Shown one piece after another: positions 1 to 9,100 of a stretch of DNA of 64,000 nucleotides. Where the stretch lies: contig JBDHAD010000006.1 of assembly GCA_039588215.1 (NCBI GenBank), forward strand, positions 3,864 through 67,863. The letters are read 5' to 3'. Position 1 is the first letter of the stretch, and each line of letters opens with the position of its first letter. Origin of the DNA: Gemmatimonadota bacterium (GTDB lineage Bacteria > Gemmatimonadota > Gemmatimonadetes > Palauibacterales > Palauibacteraceae). Under the pieces are notes generated by a model, which saw nothing but the letters and a program-made list of their open reading frames with translations, was not told the DNA's origin and searched no databases. Both the position numbers and the translations under genes were made by a program.

Positions 1-53
1 GCGGTGATGCCCGAGCCGATGATGCAGACGTCGGTCTCGATTACGCGGGTCAT
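1..53 (-). CDS. GMC-family FAD oxidoreductase, first 17 codons only (gene runs off the window)
   Basis: Reverse-strand ATG at 51-53 gives MTRVIETDVCIIGSGITA, a GxGxxG dinucleotide-binding start. It lies just downstream of a Tat-signal small-subunit gene, the usual partner of GMC flavoprotein dehydrogenases. Confidence 0.45.
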   Translation of the reverse strand, partial: MTRVIETDVCIIGSGIT

Positions 54-62
54 CGGGCCGAC

Positions 63-662
63 CTACGTCCCATCCGCGCGGGGAACGGGCTCGTCAGGTG
101 CGGCTGCGAGAGGCCGACAGGTGAAGGCGCCGATCCGGCGCTCGTAGCATAGATCCGTCGCCTCCGAGGTGCCGTAGAACCATGCCAGCATTCCCACCGC
201 GACATGCTCGGCCCGCGCTGGCTGGCCGGGGAGCTCGTCGGTGCCAGGGTCGGTGGCAGACAGCTGACGCTCCAGCAATTCTCGTTGCCGCGGGACGTCG
301 AGGCTGGTGAATCCCTTTCCGAAGCGCTTCTTGGCTTCCAAATCGAGGGCCTCGAGCTGCGCCGTCCACCTGGGAGCGGGGTCGGGGGGACCGTAACGAA
401 TCTCTTGAGATCCGTATCCGTGCGGAAGTTCCGCGACCGGGTCGAAACCGTCCAGCCATTCCTCGAAACCGAGGATCGAGCGTTCCAGGCGTTCATCACC
501 CAGCTCGGAAGGGAGGACGAGTCGACTCACCGCGCGAACCAGCCGGGCGTCAAGCGCGGCTCGAGTCGAATCCGCTGGTGGTTCCGCACAACCACCGACC
601 GCGACACCGCCAAGCGCGACTGCAGACCTTTTGAGGAACGTGCGACGGCCCAGGTCATTCAT
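63..662 (-). CDS. Gluconate 2-dehydrogenase subunit-3-like small subunit (Tat-exported)
   Basis: 199-aa ORF with ATG at 660-662 and TAG at 63-65. The N-terminus MNDLGRRTFLKRSAVALGGVAVGGC carries a twin-arginine motif plus a hydrophobic region. Its size and its position directly upstream of the GMC flavoprotein gene fit this family. Confidence 0.6.
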   Translation of the reverse strand: MNDLGRRTFLKRSAVALGGVAVGGCAEPPADSTRAALDARLVRAVSRLVLPSELGDERLERSILGFEEWLDGFDPVAELPHGYGSQEIRYGPPDPAPRWTAQLEALDLEAKKRFGKGFTSLDVPRQRELLERQLSATDPGTDELPGQPARAEHVAVGMLAWFYGTSEATDLCYERRIGAFTCRPLAAAPDEPVPRADGT

Positions 663-741
663 GACTCTCCTCCCGATCCTTCCTGATGTTCGTCGGCACC
701 TGTGTTGCTCGACGGGACCTGGCTCGTACGCGCTCCGCGTG

Positions 742-3700
742 TCAGTACAGGATGTGTCGGCTGCGCAGTAACTCCCTCACGGGATGAAGTACAAGGGGTT
801 TGATCCTGTACCTTCGATCGGGAACGAGCAAGTCGCTCTGTCCTCCGTCGGCGTCCTGTGGCTCTTCCGCGCGGCTGGGCTCGATGATGCGCAGGCTCAG
901 GAGCGCCTCGAAGATGTAGGTGCTCTGCTCACGAGACATTCGAAAGATGCGCCGATGTTCATCGAGAGTGAGCGAGTAATGCAGGAGAAACGCCTTGAGT
1001 GAAAAGGAGTGTGTAAGATCGAGGCTCGAAAGAAAGCGGAAGTCGAGGGGCTCGAGAGGGTTCACCTCGACACTGTCCGAGTCCGAATCGACGTCTACCG
1101 ACCGAAGCCAATAGAACAGCGCGAGCATCACACTCTCCCCACTCTCCCGGTACAGGGCGTCGAAGTACGCGTCGCTCAGGAGTTGTTGTTTTCTCTCATC
1201 CGTCTTTGTACGGCGCAGCCGTTGTCGGAGGATCGGGGAGAGCTCGCTCGGTTCCCTGAAACGCAACGTCATCCCGCTCCGGCGGTGCCGATTAGCGATG
1301 ATCTTTTGGACTGTCGCCTGGTTGGCGGTCGACAACTGGTATGTCGTCAAGCAGCTCGCCGCGCCCGCGGCCGTCTTGCGCACGAACTCCCAGGAATCGC
1401 TTCCGACCGCTGCAACCCACAGAACCCGCGTGTCCGTCCGCGAAAAGAAGATCAACGCCCGCTGGATCAACCGGCTGCCCCCGGGCATCTGAAGGAGCAG
1501 GTGCTCGAAGTCATCGATCGTGACGACAACCGGGGCTGCCGATCTGGGCGCCGCGAGCAAACGCTCCTCCAGCTCTCCGAGTGTGCCGGCCTCGGGTTCC
1601 GTGCCCAGTGCTCGCGCCAGGACCGCCGCCAGCTCTGATTCGTGCTGGATTCGGTCCACGAGTGCGATTTCCCGGACGTCACATTCGTCGAACACTTTGT
1701 CGCGCAGGGCGTGAAGGAAGCTGGTCCGACCGCTGCCAAGAGCACCGGTGAGCGCGATGGCTCCCGGATAATGTCCAGTCTGCCAGCCCGTCAGATGGTT
1801 TCGAACTCGGACCAAATCTCGTGCACGGCCCTCCAGCAGCGTCGGCTCGCTCAGGGGCTCCAGTGTGAAGAGCCGTCGGTAGACCAGCGGAAGCTTCTCG
1901 CGAAGCTCCTTCGCACTTGTGATGACCTCGAGTGCACCTAGCGTAGCGCCGTCGGCGGCTTCCACCACGCCCACCGCCGACTGCCCGTGCCGGATGAGCG
2001 TTCGAACCCGTCGGCGCAAAGCCCTTCCGACCCGAGCTCCACTACTCCATCCGGTCGCGCTCGACTCCTTGACCCGCCGCCAGGCTTCCCGCCTCCAACG
2101 GCTGAACCGCGTCTGGGCTTCGACCAGACGCTCTTCGATGATGCCCTCCGCGCGAACCTGTTTGACGAGGTCGGCCCAATCCTGCTGAATCGTCGCGAAT
2201 ACCGCGTCTGTGAATTGACCCCACGGAGTGCTCAGGGTCGCCAACAGCTCATCGAGCGTGTCGGAAGAGCGCCGCAGCGCGTCGTCCGCAAGCTGCTGAA
2301 CAGTCGCCACGATCTCTTCGGACGTTCGCTCGTGCCCCTCCTCTTCCAAGCCCCCCGAACCCGCGCTGCCTCCGTCGGTGAGCTCATCGATGGCGGCGCC
2401 GAAGTTGTACTGAACGATGTTCTGGATCTGCTCGGTGCCGCCCCAGACTTGCACGATCTGGTGCCGCAACGGGTCAGCCGGTTCTGCGAGAACCGACGGC
2501 CACCCCGGTGAGAGCGCTCCCCGCGCGATGTCGCGAAGCTCGATGGCGACTTTCCGCTCATTCAGCAACGCGTCTTCGCCCCCCTCCTCGGCACGGGGTC
2601 GAAGCACATGTACGACCACCAACTCGGGGAGCTCGTCTATCAACTCACACATGCGCTCCCACTCGATCTTCCCCGGCTCGGAGAGAGCCTGGTCCGAGAG
2701 CGTGATGGTCTCGCCAAGCCCACGAAGGCAGCCATGCATCTCCCGGACGATCCGGTACTGAATCGCCTCCAGGGTCTTCGGAAAATCGATCGTGGTAGGA
2801 CTCGAGCGGGCCGAACCGAAGGCCCCATCGGCCTCGACTCTGGCCCGTCGAATGGCGTCCTTCAGGGTCTCGAAGGTGGAATGGACCGGTGACAGCGTCG
2901 CATCCGCCACGCCCTGAAGGAGGGCCTCTTCCTTCTCGATATAACGCTCGCGAAGCCGGATCATGCGATGTGCGAGCCCCAACCGGTTGGCGACCCGCTC
3001 GTGCCATTCCGTCCACGAGGCTTGTCGCGTGCGGATCCGTTCGTGGGATTTGGTTACCTTGTTCTCCACACGACGCTGGTCCGGCGTGAGCAGGGCCGTG
3101 CCGCAGCGTTCGAAATCACCTCGCGCTTCTTCCCAAGCGACCGTCCACTTCTCGTCGTTCGTGGTGGGCAGCTCGAGGTCGATCTCGACCACTTCCGTCA
3201 AGGAGCGTTGGAGCGAGTCCGCGATGCGCCGCCATTCGGCCAGGGCTCCACTCCCCGCGGGCGCGGCGGGCGCGGGCGCGTCGGCGACCCCGCGGACTTC
3301 AGCACCGATGGAGACCTCCACAGCTGCCGGGGACTCTGCGGTCGCGGGCAGAGTCCCGGGAACGCCTTCCTCGGCGGGCTGAGCACGCGGCTGGGCTGAT
3401 AGGATGGCTACCGCGGGATCGTGGAAACGAGGTCGATCCAGCCTGACCTCGAGGTCGTAGACGTCGTTGGTCCAGCGTGCGAGTGCTCTTTCCAGTTTTG
3501 CGACGTATCTGGCTACGGCCCTTTGATGTCGCTCGTGCTCGGCGCTGAACTGACGAGGCAAGCGGTGGACGAGGTGGTACTCCAACACCTGACGCAGGGG
3601 CACCGTGCGCCCCTTCGCGCGTAGCTCTCGCAATTCCTTGCGAAACAGTCGCCTCATCCGGTTCGCGACCGACAACCCGATGCGCCCGAAGGCGCGACGT

Positions 3701-4212
3701 CCGCGAACGAGCCGTTTCTTGACGCGTCGACCGGCAGAATCTTCCGGATCGGGCGTGAACAGGTCCGGCGACTCCGGCAGGACCGCGGTCTCCTCCAGGC
3801 CCTCCGCTAATCCGGCGAGCGCTTCGATGAGCTCCAACCACGCCGCACCTATCGCGCTTCCGGACGAAGCGGTCTCGAGCACTGAGTGAATGCGACACAG
3901 CACGAGATCGGCGACCGCTTCGCGATACGCGCGGACCCCCTGCCAGAGCTCGCCGTCGATGACCGACTCGACGTCATGAGGGATCGAGTTGCACAGCTCT
4001 GCGTGAGCCTTGGCCACCTCCCGGACCGCGCTCACGATCGGCGAAAGCACTCCGTCGATGGCGCCCAGTTCATCCCTGACTTGGGCGGCTGCGACACCTT
4101 CCATCTCGGCCAAGCGAGCTGACAGGCGGGAAGCGGACTCGACCCAGCCCGGCTCGGGGGGCGCTCGAGGTGTCAGACCGCCCGCAGCGCCGAGAGTGGC
4201 CGGCTCGTTCAC
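742..4212 (-). CDS. Large (1156 aa) protein with a long helical N-terminal region and a C-terminal STAND/ORC-like P-loop ATPase module; function unknown
   Basis: Single long ORF with natural-looking sequence throughout. Walker-A-like GALGSGRTSFLHAL has Arg where the canonical Lys sits, preceded by LLEGRARDL as in AAA_16/ATPase_2-type NTPases. Walker-B-like VVVTIDDFEHLL follows, then a helical, winged-helix-like tail (FYWLRSV...). The first roughly 750 aa are R/E-rich helical with an A/P-rich linker. The start is either GTG 4210-4212 (GTGA overlap with the upstream stop) or ATG 4102-4104. Confidence 0.6.
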   Translation of the reverse strand: MNEPATLGAAGGLTPRAPPEPGWVESASRLSARLAEMEGVAAAQVRDELGAIDGVLSPIVSAVREVAKAHAELCNSIPHDVESVIDGELWQGVRAYREAVADLVLCRIHSVLETASSGSAIGAAWLELIEALAGLAEGLEETAVLPESPDLFTPDPEDSAGRRVKKRLVRGRRAFGRIGLSVANRMRRLFRKELRELRAKGRTVPLRQVLEYHLVHRLPRQFSAEHERHQRAVARYVAKLERALARWTNDVYDLEVRLDRPRFHDPAVAILSAQPRAQPAEEGVPGTLPATAESPAAVEVSIGAEVRGVADAPAPAAPAGSGALAEWRRIADSLQRSLTEVVEIDLELPTTNDEKWTVAWEEARGDFERCGTALLTPDQRRVENKVTKSHERIRTRQASWTEWHERVANRLGLAHRMIRLRERYIEKEEALLQGVADATLSPVHSTFETLKDAIRRARVEADGAFGSARSSPTTIDFPKTLEAIQYRIVREMHGCLRGLGETITLSDQALSEPGKIEWERMCELIDELPELVVVHVLRPRAEEGGEDALLNERKVAIELRDIARGALSPGWPSVLAEPADPLRHQIVQVWGGTEQIQNIVQYNFGAAIDELTDGGSAGSGGLEEEGHERTSEEIVATVQQLADDALRRSSDTLDELLATLSTPWGQFTDAVFATIQQDWADLVKQVRAEGIIEERLVEAQTRFSRWRREAWRRVKESSATGWSSGARVGRALRRRVRTLIRHGQSAVGVVEAADGATLGALEVITSAKELREKLPLVYRRLFTLEPLSEPTLLEGRARDLVRVRNHLTGWQTGHYPGAIALTGALGSGRTSFLHALRDKVFDECDVREIALVDRIQHESELAAVLARALGTEPEAGTLGELEERLLAAPRSAAPVVVTIDDFEHLLLQMPGGSRLIQRALIFFSRTDTRVLWVAAVGSDSWEFVRKTAAGAASCLTTYQLSTANQATVQKIIANRHRRSGMTLRFREPSELSPILRQRLRRTKTDERKQQLLSDAYFDALYRESGESVMLALFYWLRSVDVDSDSDSVEVNPLEPLDFRFLSSLDLTHSFSLKAFLLHYSLTLDEHRRIFRMSREQSTYIFEALLSLRIIEPSRAEEPQDADGGQSDLLVPDRRYRIKPLVLHPVRELLRSRHILY

Positions 4213-5411
4213 GGCGAGGTCGCCCCGGCTTCGGTCGCGTCACGCGGCTCGAAGTCGGCCCTTTGTCCGGCCATCGGCCACAACATGCCGTGGCGCAGGA
4301 ACTCGATTTTCGCGGCTTCCGTGACGTCGCTGGCAAACGCGAACTCGTAGCGGGCATCCAGCACGTAAGCCTTGACGACCAGATGGATCAGAAAGGTCTC
4401 CTTGAACTCGTCCTTCACGTTCACGACGATAGGCTTGTCCAGGTAGACGTATTTCGAGTTCGTAGCTGCGCTGTGTGCGATGGACTTGGCTTCGGTCACG
4501 TCCACCCATCCCGGCAGATACAGGTCGACCACGACCTGGCAGTCGAGCGCTCCCGCATTCGCGTTCGCAACCTGCTCCTCCACGATTTGCGAGTTGGGAA
4601 CCGTGACCAGGTTGTCATCCGGGGTCACGATGCGGGTGGAGCGCATGCCGATCGAAACGACCTCTCCGTAGGTTCCTCCGACCCGAATCTTGTCTCCCAC
4701 CTGAAAGGGCTGATCGAAGATGATGATGAGCCCGCCGATGAAGTTCTTGAGCACACCCTGAGCGGCGAACCCGATGCCGACTCCGAGCGCGGCGGTGGCG
4801 GCTACCAGACCTGCCCGATCCACGTTGAATACGCCGGCTACCACGTAGTACGCGGCAAGCGTCCAGATGAGGAGTCGCGCGATCGGGATGAGCTTCTTGA
4901 ACAGCAGCCGTCTCGCAGCCTGCCGCTCGGCCGTGGTCTCCAGCAGCCACACACTCACCCGGACGAGCAACCCCGCCAGGAGGAGAATTACGAAGGCCCA
5001 GAAGATACGCAGCCCGAGGTTTCTCGCCTCTCGTGCCGTCTCGCGCACATCGATTCCGGGGATTCCTTCGGTCGCCGTGTCCTGCGGCGAGTCAGCCGAT
5101 GTTAGCTCGGCATCTGGTCCTCGGTCGGCGGATCGCTGCAACGCATCCACCGAAGCCGTCAGTCGAGTTACCTCGGCGCGGAGGCTATCCAGCGCTCCGG
5201 CTACCGGGTCTGCTGCGCCTGTTTCGGCCTGCTGGTCCGCCCCAGCCGTCGGTCCCGCGGGGAGCGCAGCGGAGTCCGCCGACGTGGGCTGGAGAGGAGA
5301 AGAGAGCTCCACGACGTCCGATTGCTCGGAGGCACGTTCCTGCGGTGTGTCAGGACTCGGGCTGCATGCCCCCAGTGCGAGCACGCTCACCGCGAACGCG
5401 CGCAGTCGCAT
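4209..5411 (-). CDS. Mechanosensitive ion channel family protein (MscS-like) with lipoprotein-type signal peptide
   Basis: MscS core: GVLKNFIGGLIIIFDQPFQVGDKIRVGGTYGEVVSIGMRSTRIVTPDDNLVTVPNSQI. Start chosen at ATG 5409-5411, giving MRLRAFAVSVLALGAC (lipobox-like LGAC). The longer track ORF extending to 5549 has an R-rich, non-native-looking leader. Confidence 0.85.
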   Translation of the reverse strand: MRLRAFAVSVLALGACSPSPDTPQERASEQSDVVELSSPLQPTSADSAALPAGPTAGADQQAETGAADPVAGALDSLRAEVTRLTASVDALQRSADRGPDAELTSADSPQDTATEGIPGIDVRETAREARNLGLRIFWAFVILLLAGLLVRVSVWLLETTAERQAARRLLFKKLIPIARLLIWTLAAYYVVAGVFNVDRAGLVAATAALGVGIGFAAQGVLKNFIGGLIIIFDQPFQVGDKIRVGGTYGEVVSIGMRSTRIVTPDDNLVTVPNSQIVEEQVANANAGALDCQVVVDLYLPGWVDVTEAKSIAHSAATNSKYVYLDKPIVVNVKDEFKETFLIHLVVKAYVLDARYEFAFASDVTEAAKIEFLRHGMLWPMAGQRADFEPRDATEAGATSP

Positions 5412-5697
5412 CGAACTGATTCTCACGCTGAATCGCTCCGCTGTTCCAGACGGCTGGTGGGGTCGTCTTGTGAGGGCACACCGCGACGCGGTAGCGACCT
5501 CGGCTTGCGGTCTTGATCTCGATCGCCAGTGCCGGCTCGCTCCAGGCAAGCTGGTTTAATTTGCTCCTTCCGGACTCTTCTCCGCCAGTGAGGCCATCCG
5601 ATAACGGGCCAGATCCGGCTGGGCGGGTTTGCCGCCTTGCGACCACCCGGCCATGTTGCCGCAACACGCCGACCCCCTTCACAGGAGATACGTTCCG

Positions 5698-8600
5698 ATG
5701 GCCAATTCCGCGCCGCTCCTACAGGCCTCCTCCATGCGTCCGGCCTCGCTGACACGGACACCACGTGCGCGTTCCGTCCTCTTGGCGGGTGTACTCGTCG
5801 GATTCGGTCTCGACGTCCTCGTCTCCACGGATCTCGGGGCTTTGCAGCAGGACCCGGCTGCGATCGACACGACAGCCGCCTCGACGCAGCAGGAGCCCGA
5901 CAAGTGGGACATCACGGCAGGACACGGAGTCACACATACCGTGAGCTTCACCACGTCGGAGGGGACGTGGATGAACCTGGACGTCAGCCCCGACGGAAAC
6001 ACGATCGTTTTCGATCTGCTGGGCGACATCTACGCGTTGCCTATGGCGGGAGGGACCGCAACGCGTCTCACGAGCGGCCCGGCCTTCGACGTTCAGCCAC
6101 GGTTTAGCCCCGACGGCTCGAAGATCAGCTTCACCAGCGATCGGGCGGGCGGCGACAACATCTGGGTCATGAACCGGGACGGCTCGGAGCCCCGCCAGGT
6201 GACGGAGGAGGACTTCCGCCTGCTCAACAACGCCGCCTGGACCCCTGACGGGCAGTACGTGATCGCTCGCAAGCACTTCACGAGCGGGCGTTCGCTCGGC
6301 GCCGGCGAGATGTGGATGTATCACGTGAGCGGTGGAAGCGGGCTTCAGCTCACGAAACGGAAGAACGACCAGCAGGACGCCGGTGAGCCCGAAGTCTCCC
6401 CCGATGGGCGCTACGTGTACTTCAGCGAGGACATGAGCGGTGGATCGACGTTCCAGTACAACAAGGATCCGAACCGCCAGATCTACGTGGTCCGCCGGCT
6501 GGACCGGGAGACCGGTGACCTGCGGAACCTAATCACCGGGCCCGGCGGGGCAGCGCGTCCCGAAGTCTCGCCCGACGGCCGCCACATCGCCTTTGTCCGA
6601 CGGGTGCGGACGAAGAGCGTGCTCTACGTGTACGACCGTGAGACCGGCGCCCAAACGCCGCTTTGGGATGGACTCGATCACGACCAACAGGAAGCGTGGG
6701 CGATCTTCGGCGTGTACCCCAACTACGCCTGGACGCCCGATGGGGAAAGCCTCGTGATATGGGCGCAGGGTGGGCTGTGGCGGCTGGACATCGAGTCGCG
6801 CGCCGCGACTCGGATCCCGTTCGAAGCCGAGGTCGAGCAGACCGTCACCGACGCGGTCCGGTATCCCGCCGAGGTAAGCCCCGAGCGCTTCGAGGCGAAG
6901 ATGATCCGGCAAGTCATCACTTCACCCGACGGCGAGTGGTTGCTGTTCGGCGCGCTGGGTCACCTGTGGAAGAAGCGGCTCCCGGACGGCACGCCGGTGC
7001 GGCTGACCGGGGACGACCATTGGGAGCACGAGCCCGCGCTCAGCCCCGATGGCAGTTGGGTCGCCTATACCACATGGAGCGATGCCGACTTCGGCGCTAT
7101 CTACAAGGTCCCCCTCTCCGGGGGCACCCCCGTCAGGCTCACGACGCGACCCGGGTATTACTTCACACCCCGCTTCTCGCCCGATGGCAGCCGCATTGTG
7201 TACCGACGCGGGACGGGCAACGGGGTGCTCGGAACGCTGCATGGTGTGGAGACGGGGCTGTACTGGACAGGGGCCGACGGCGGCGAGGCGCACCTCATCC
7301 GCGAGGGCGGCCGCGAGCCGCGCTTCAGCCCGGACGGCGAGCGCATCGAGTTCCTGACCGGGGGCGGGCTCGAGAAGCAATACAGAAGCGTCCGACTGGA
7401 CGGGGGTGACGAGCGCACCCACTTCACGCTCAAGTACGCGAACACGATCGTGCCGAGTCCCGACGGCCGGTGGGTGGCGTTCAACGAGCTGTTCAACGCG
7501 TACGTCGCACCCTTCCCCCGCACGGGGGGCGCCGTGGACCTGAACAAGGACACGAAGGCCATCCCCGTCCGGCAGGTGACACGCGACGCGGGTACCTCGC
7601 TGCACTGGTCCGGGGACAGTCAGAGCCTCCACTGGGTGATCGGGCCGGAGTACTACACGCGCGACCTGCGAGACGCCTTCGTATTCGTGCCCGGCGCACC
7701 CGAGGAGCTCCCGGAGCCTGATACCGCCGGGCTTGCGATCGGGCTCACCGTCGAGACCGACGTGCCCGCCGGGACCGTGGCCCTCGTGGGCGCGCGTCTC
7801 ATCACGATGAACGGGGACGAGATCATCGAGGACGGAACGATCGTGGTGGACGGGAATCGCATCGCCGCCCTCGGATCGGCCGCTGCCGTATCCGTGCCCG
7901 CGGACGCGGCCGTGATCGATGTGCAGGGGAAGACGATCATCCCCGGCATCATCGACGCGCACGCGCATGCCAGCCACTTCTTCACCGGCCCGATACCGCA
8001 GCAGTTCTGGCCGTATTACGCGAACCTGGCGTACGGGGTCACCACGGCGCATGACCCATCCGCGACGACCGAGACCGTGTTCACGCTGTCGGAAATGGTG
8101 GAGGCGGGCCTGATGGCGGGACCGAGGATCTTCTCTACAGGAACGATCCTGTACGGGGCCGACGGGGACTTCAAGGCGGTGATCAACAGCCTGGACGACG
8201 CACGCTCACACCTGCGGCGAATGAAGGCGGTGGGCGCCTTCTCGGTGAAGAGTTACAACCAGCCTCGGCGCGAGCAGCGGCAGCAGGTGCTGACCGCCGC
8301 CCGAGAGCTCGAGATGTTGGTGGTGCCGGAGGGAGGGTCTACCTTCTTCCACAACCTCACCATGGTCATGGATGGACACACCGGGGTGGAGCACAACATT
8401 CCGATCGCCCCCCTGTACGAGGACGTGATGCGGCTGTGGGCCGAGACGGACGTGGGGTACACGCCGACGCTGGTCGTAAGCTACGGCGGGCTTTCAGGGG
8501 AGTATTGGTGGTACGAGCACAGCGACGTGTGGACGAAAGAACGGTTGCTCAACTTCGTCCCGCGCGGGGTCATCGACCCTCGATCGCGTCGCCGGCAGAA

Positions 8601-9036
8601 GACGCCGGACGACGACTACCACCACATCACAGTGGCGGCGCAGGCCAAGAAGCTCGTCGACCAGGGCAACATTGTGCAGCTGGGCGCGCACGGGCAGCTC
8701 CAGGGGCTCGGGGCACATTGGGAGCTGTGGTCGTTCGTGCAGGGCGGGATGACGCCACACGAGGCGCTCCGCTCCGCGACGCTCCACGGCGCGCAGTACC
8801 TGGGCCTGGATGGAGACCTTGGCTCTCTCGAGCCGGGTAAGCTCGCCGATCTGGTGGTCCTCGACGGCAACCCGCTCGAGGACATCTACGAGTCCGAGAA
8901 TGTCCGTTACGTCGTGGTGAACGGGCGCATCTACGATGCGGAGACTATGGACCAGATCGGCAACCATCCGCAGGCGCGGCAACCCTTCTGGTGGGAGCGC
9001 GACGAGCTGAGAGACGATTGGCTGTGGCGAAACTGA
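5698..9036 (+). CDS. Secreted PD40/TolB-like beta-propeller plus amidohydrolase fusion protein
   Basis: Repeated PD40 motifs (SPDGxxIxF, RFSPDGSKISFTSDR, EVSPDGRYVYFSE and others) are followed by an amidohydrolase core (GKTIIPGIIDAHAHASH ... GAHGQLQG). Start at ATG 5698 is preceded by AGGAG at 5683-5687, and a hydrophobic signal region follows. Confidence 0.85.
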   Translation: MANSAPLLQASSMRPASLTRTPRARSVLLAGVLVGFGLDVLVSTDLGALQQDPAAIDTTAASTQQEPDKWDITAGHGVTHTVSFTTSEGTWMNLDVSPDGNTIVFDLLGDIYALPMAGGTATRLTSGPAFDVQPRFSPDGSKISFTSDRAGGDNIWVMNRDGSEPRQVTEEDFRLLNNAAWTPDGQYVIARKHFTSGRSLGAGEMWMYHVSGGSGLQLTKRKNDQQDAGEPEVSPDGRYVYFSEDMSGGSTFQYNKDPNRQIYVVRRLDRETGDLRNLITGPGGAARPEVSPDGRHIAFVRRVRTKSVLYVYDRETGAQTPLWDGLDHDQQEAWAIFGVYPNYAWTPDGESLVIWAQGGLWRLDIESRAATRIPFEAEVEQTVTDAVRYPAEVSPERFEAKMIRQVITSPDGEWLLFGALGHLWKKRLPDGTPVRLTGDDHWEHEPALSPDGSWVAYTTWSDADFGAIYKVPLSGGTPVRLTTRPGYYFTPRFSPDGSRIVYRRGTGNGVLGTLHGVETGLYWTGADGGEAHLIREGGREPRFSPDGERIEFLTGGGLEKQYRSVRLDGGDERTHFTLKYANTIVPSPDGRWVAFNELFNAYVAPFPRTGGAVDLNKDTKAIPVRQVTRDAGTSLHWSGDSQSLHWVIGPEYYTRDLRDAFVFVPGAPEELPEPDTAGLAIGLTVETDVPAGTVALVGARLITMNGDEIIEDGTIVVDGNRIAALGSAAAVSVPADAAVIDVQGKTIIPGIIDAHAHASHFFTGPIPQQFWPYYANLAYGVTTAHDPSATTETVFTLSEMVEAGLMAGPRIFSTGTILYGADGDFKAVINSLDDARSHLRRMKAVGAFSVKSYNQPRREQRQQVLTAARELEMLVVPEGGSTFFHNLTMVMDGHTGVEHNIPIAPLYEDVMRLWAETDVGYTPTLVVSYGGLSGEYWWYEHSDVWTKERLLNFVPRGVIDPRSRRRQKTPDDDYHHITVAAQAKKLVDQGNIVQLGAHGQLQGLGAHWELWSFVQGGMTPHEALRSATLHGAQYLGLDGDLGSLEPGKLADLVVLDGNPLEDIYESENVRYVVVNGRIYDAETMDQIGNHPQARQPFWWERDELRDDWLWRN

Positions 9037-9100
9037 TGGCTGTCGCAGCACTGGATCCTCCCGGACGCTACTCAAGGCGAGGAACGCGAGGCACGTAGAG

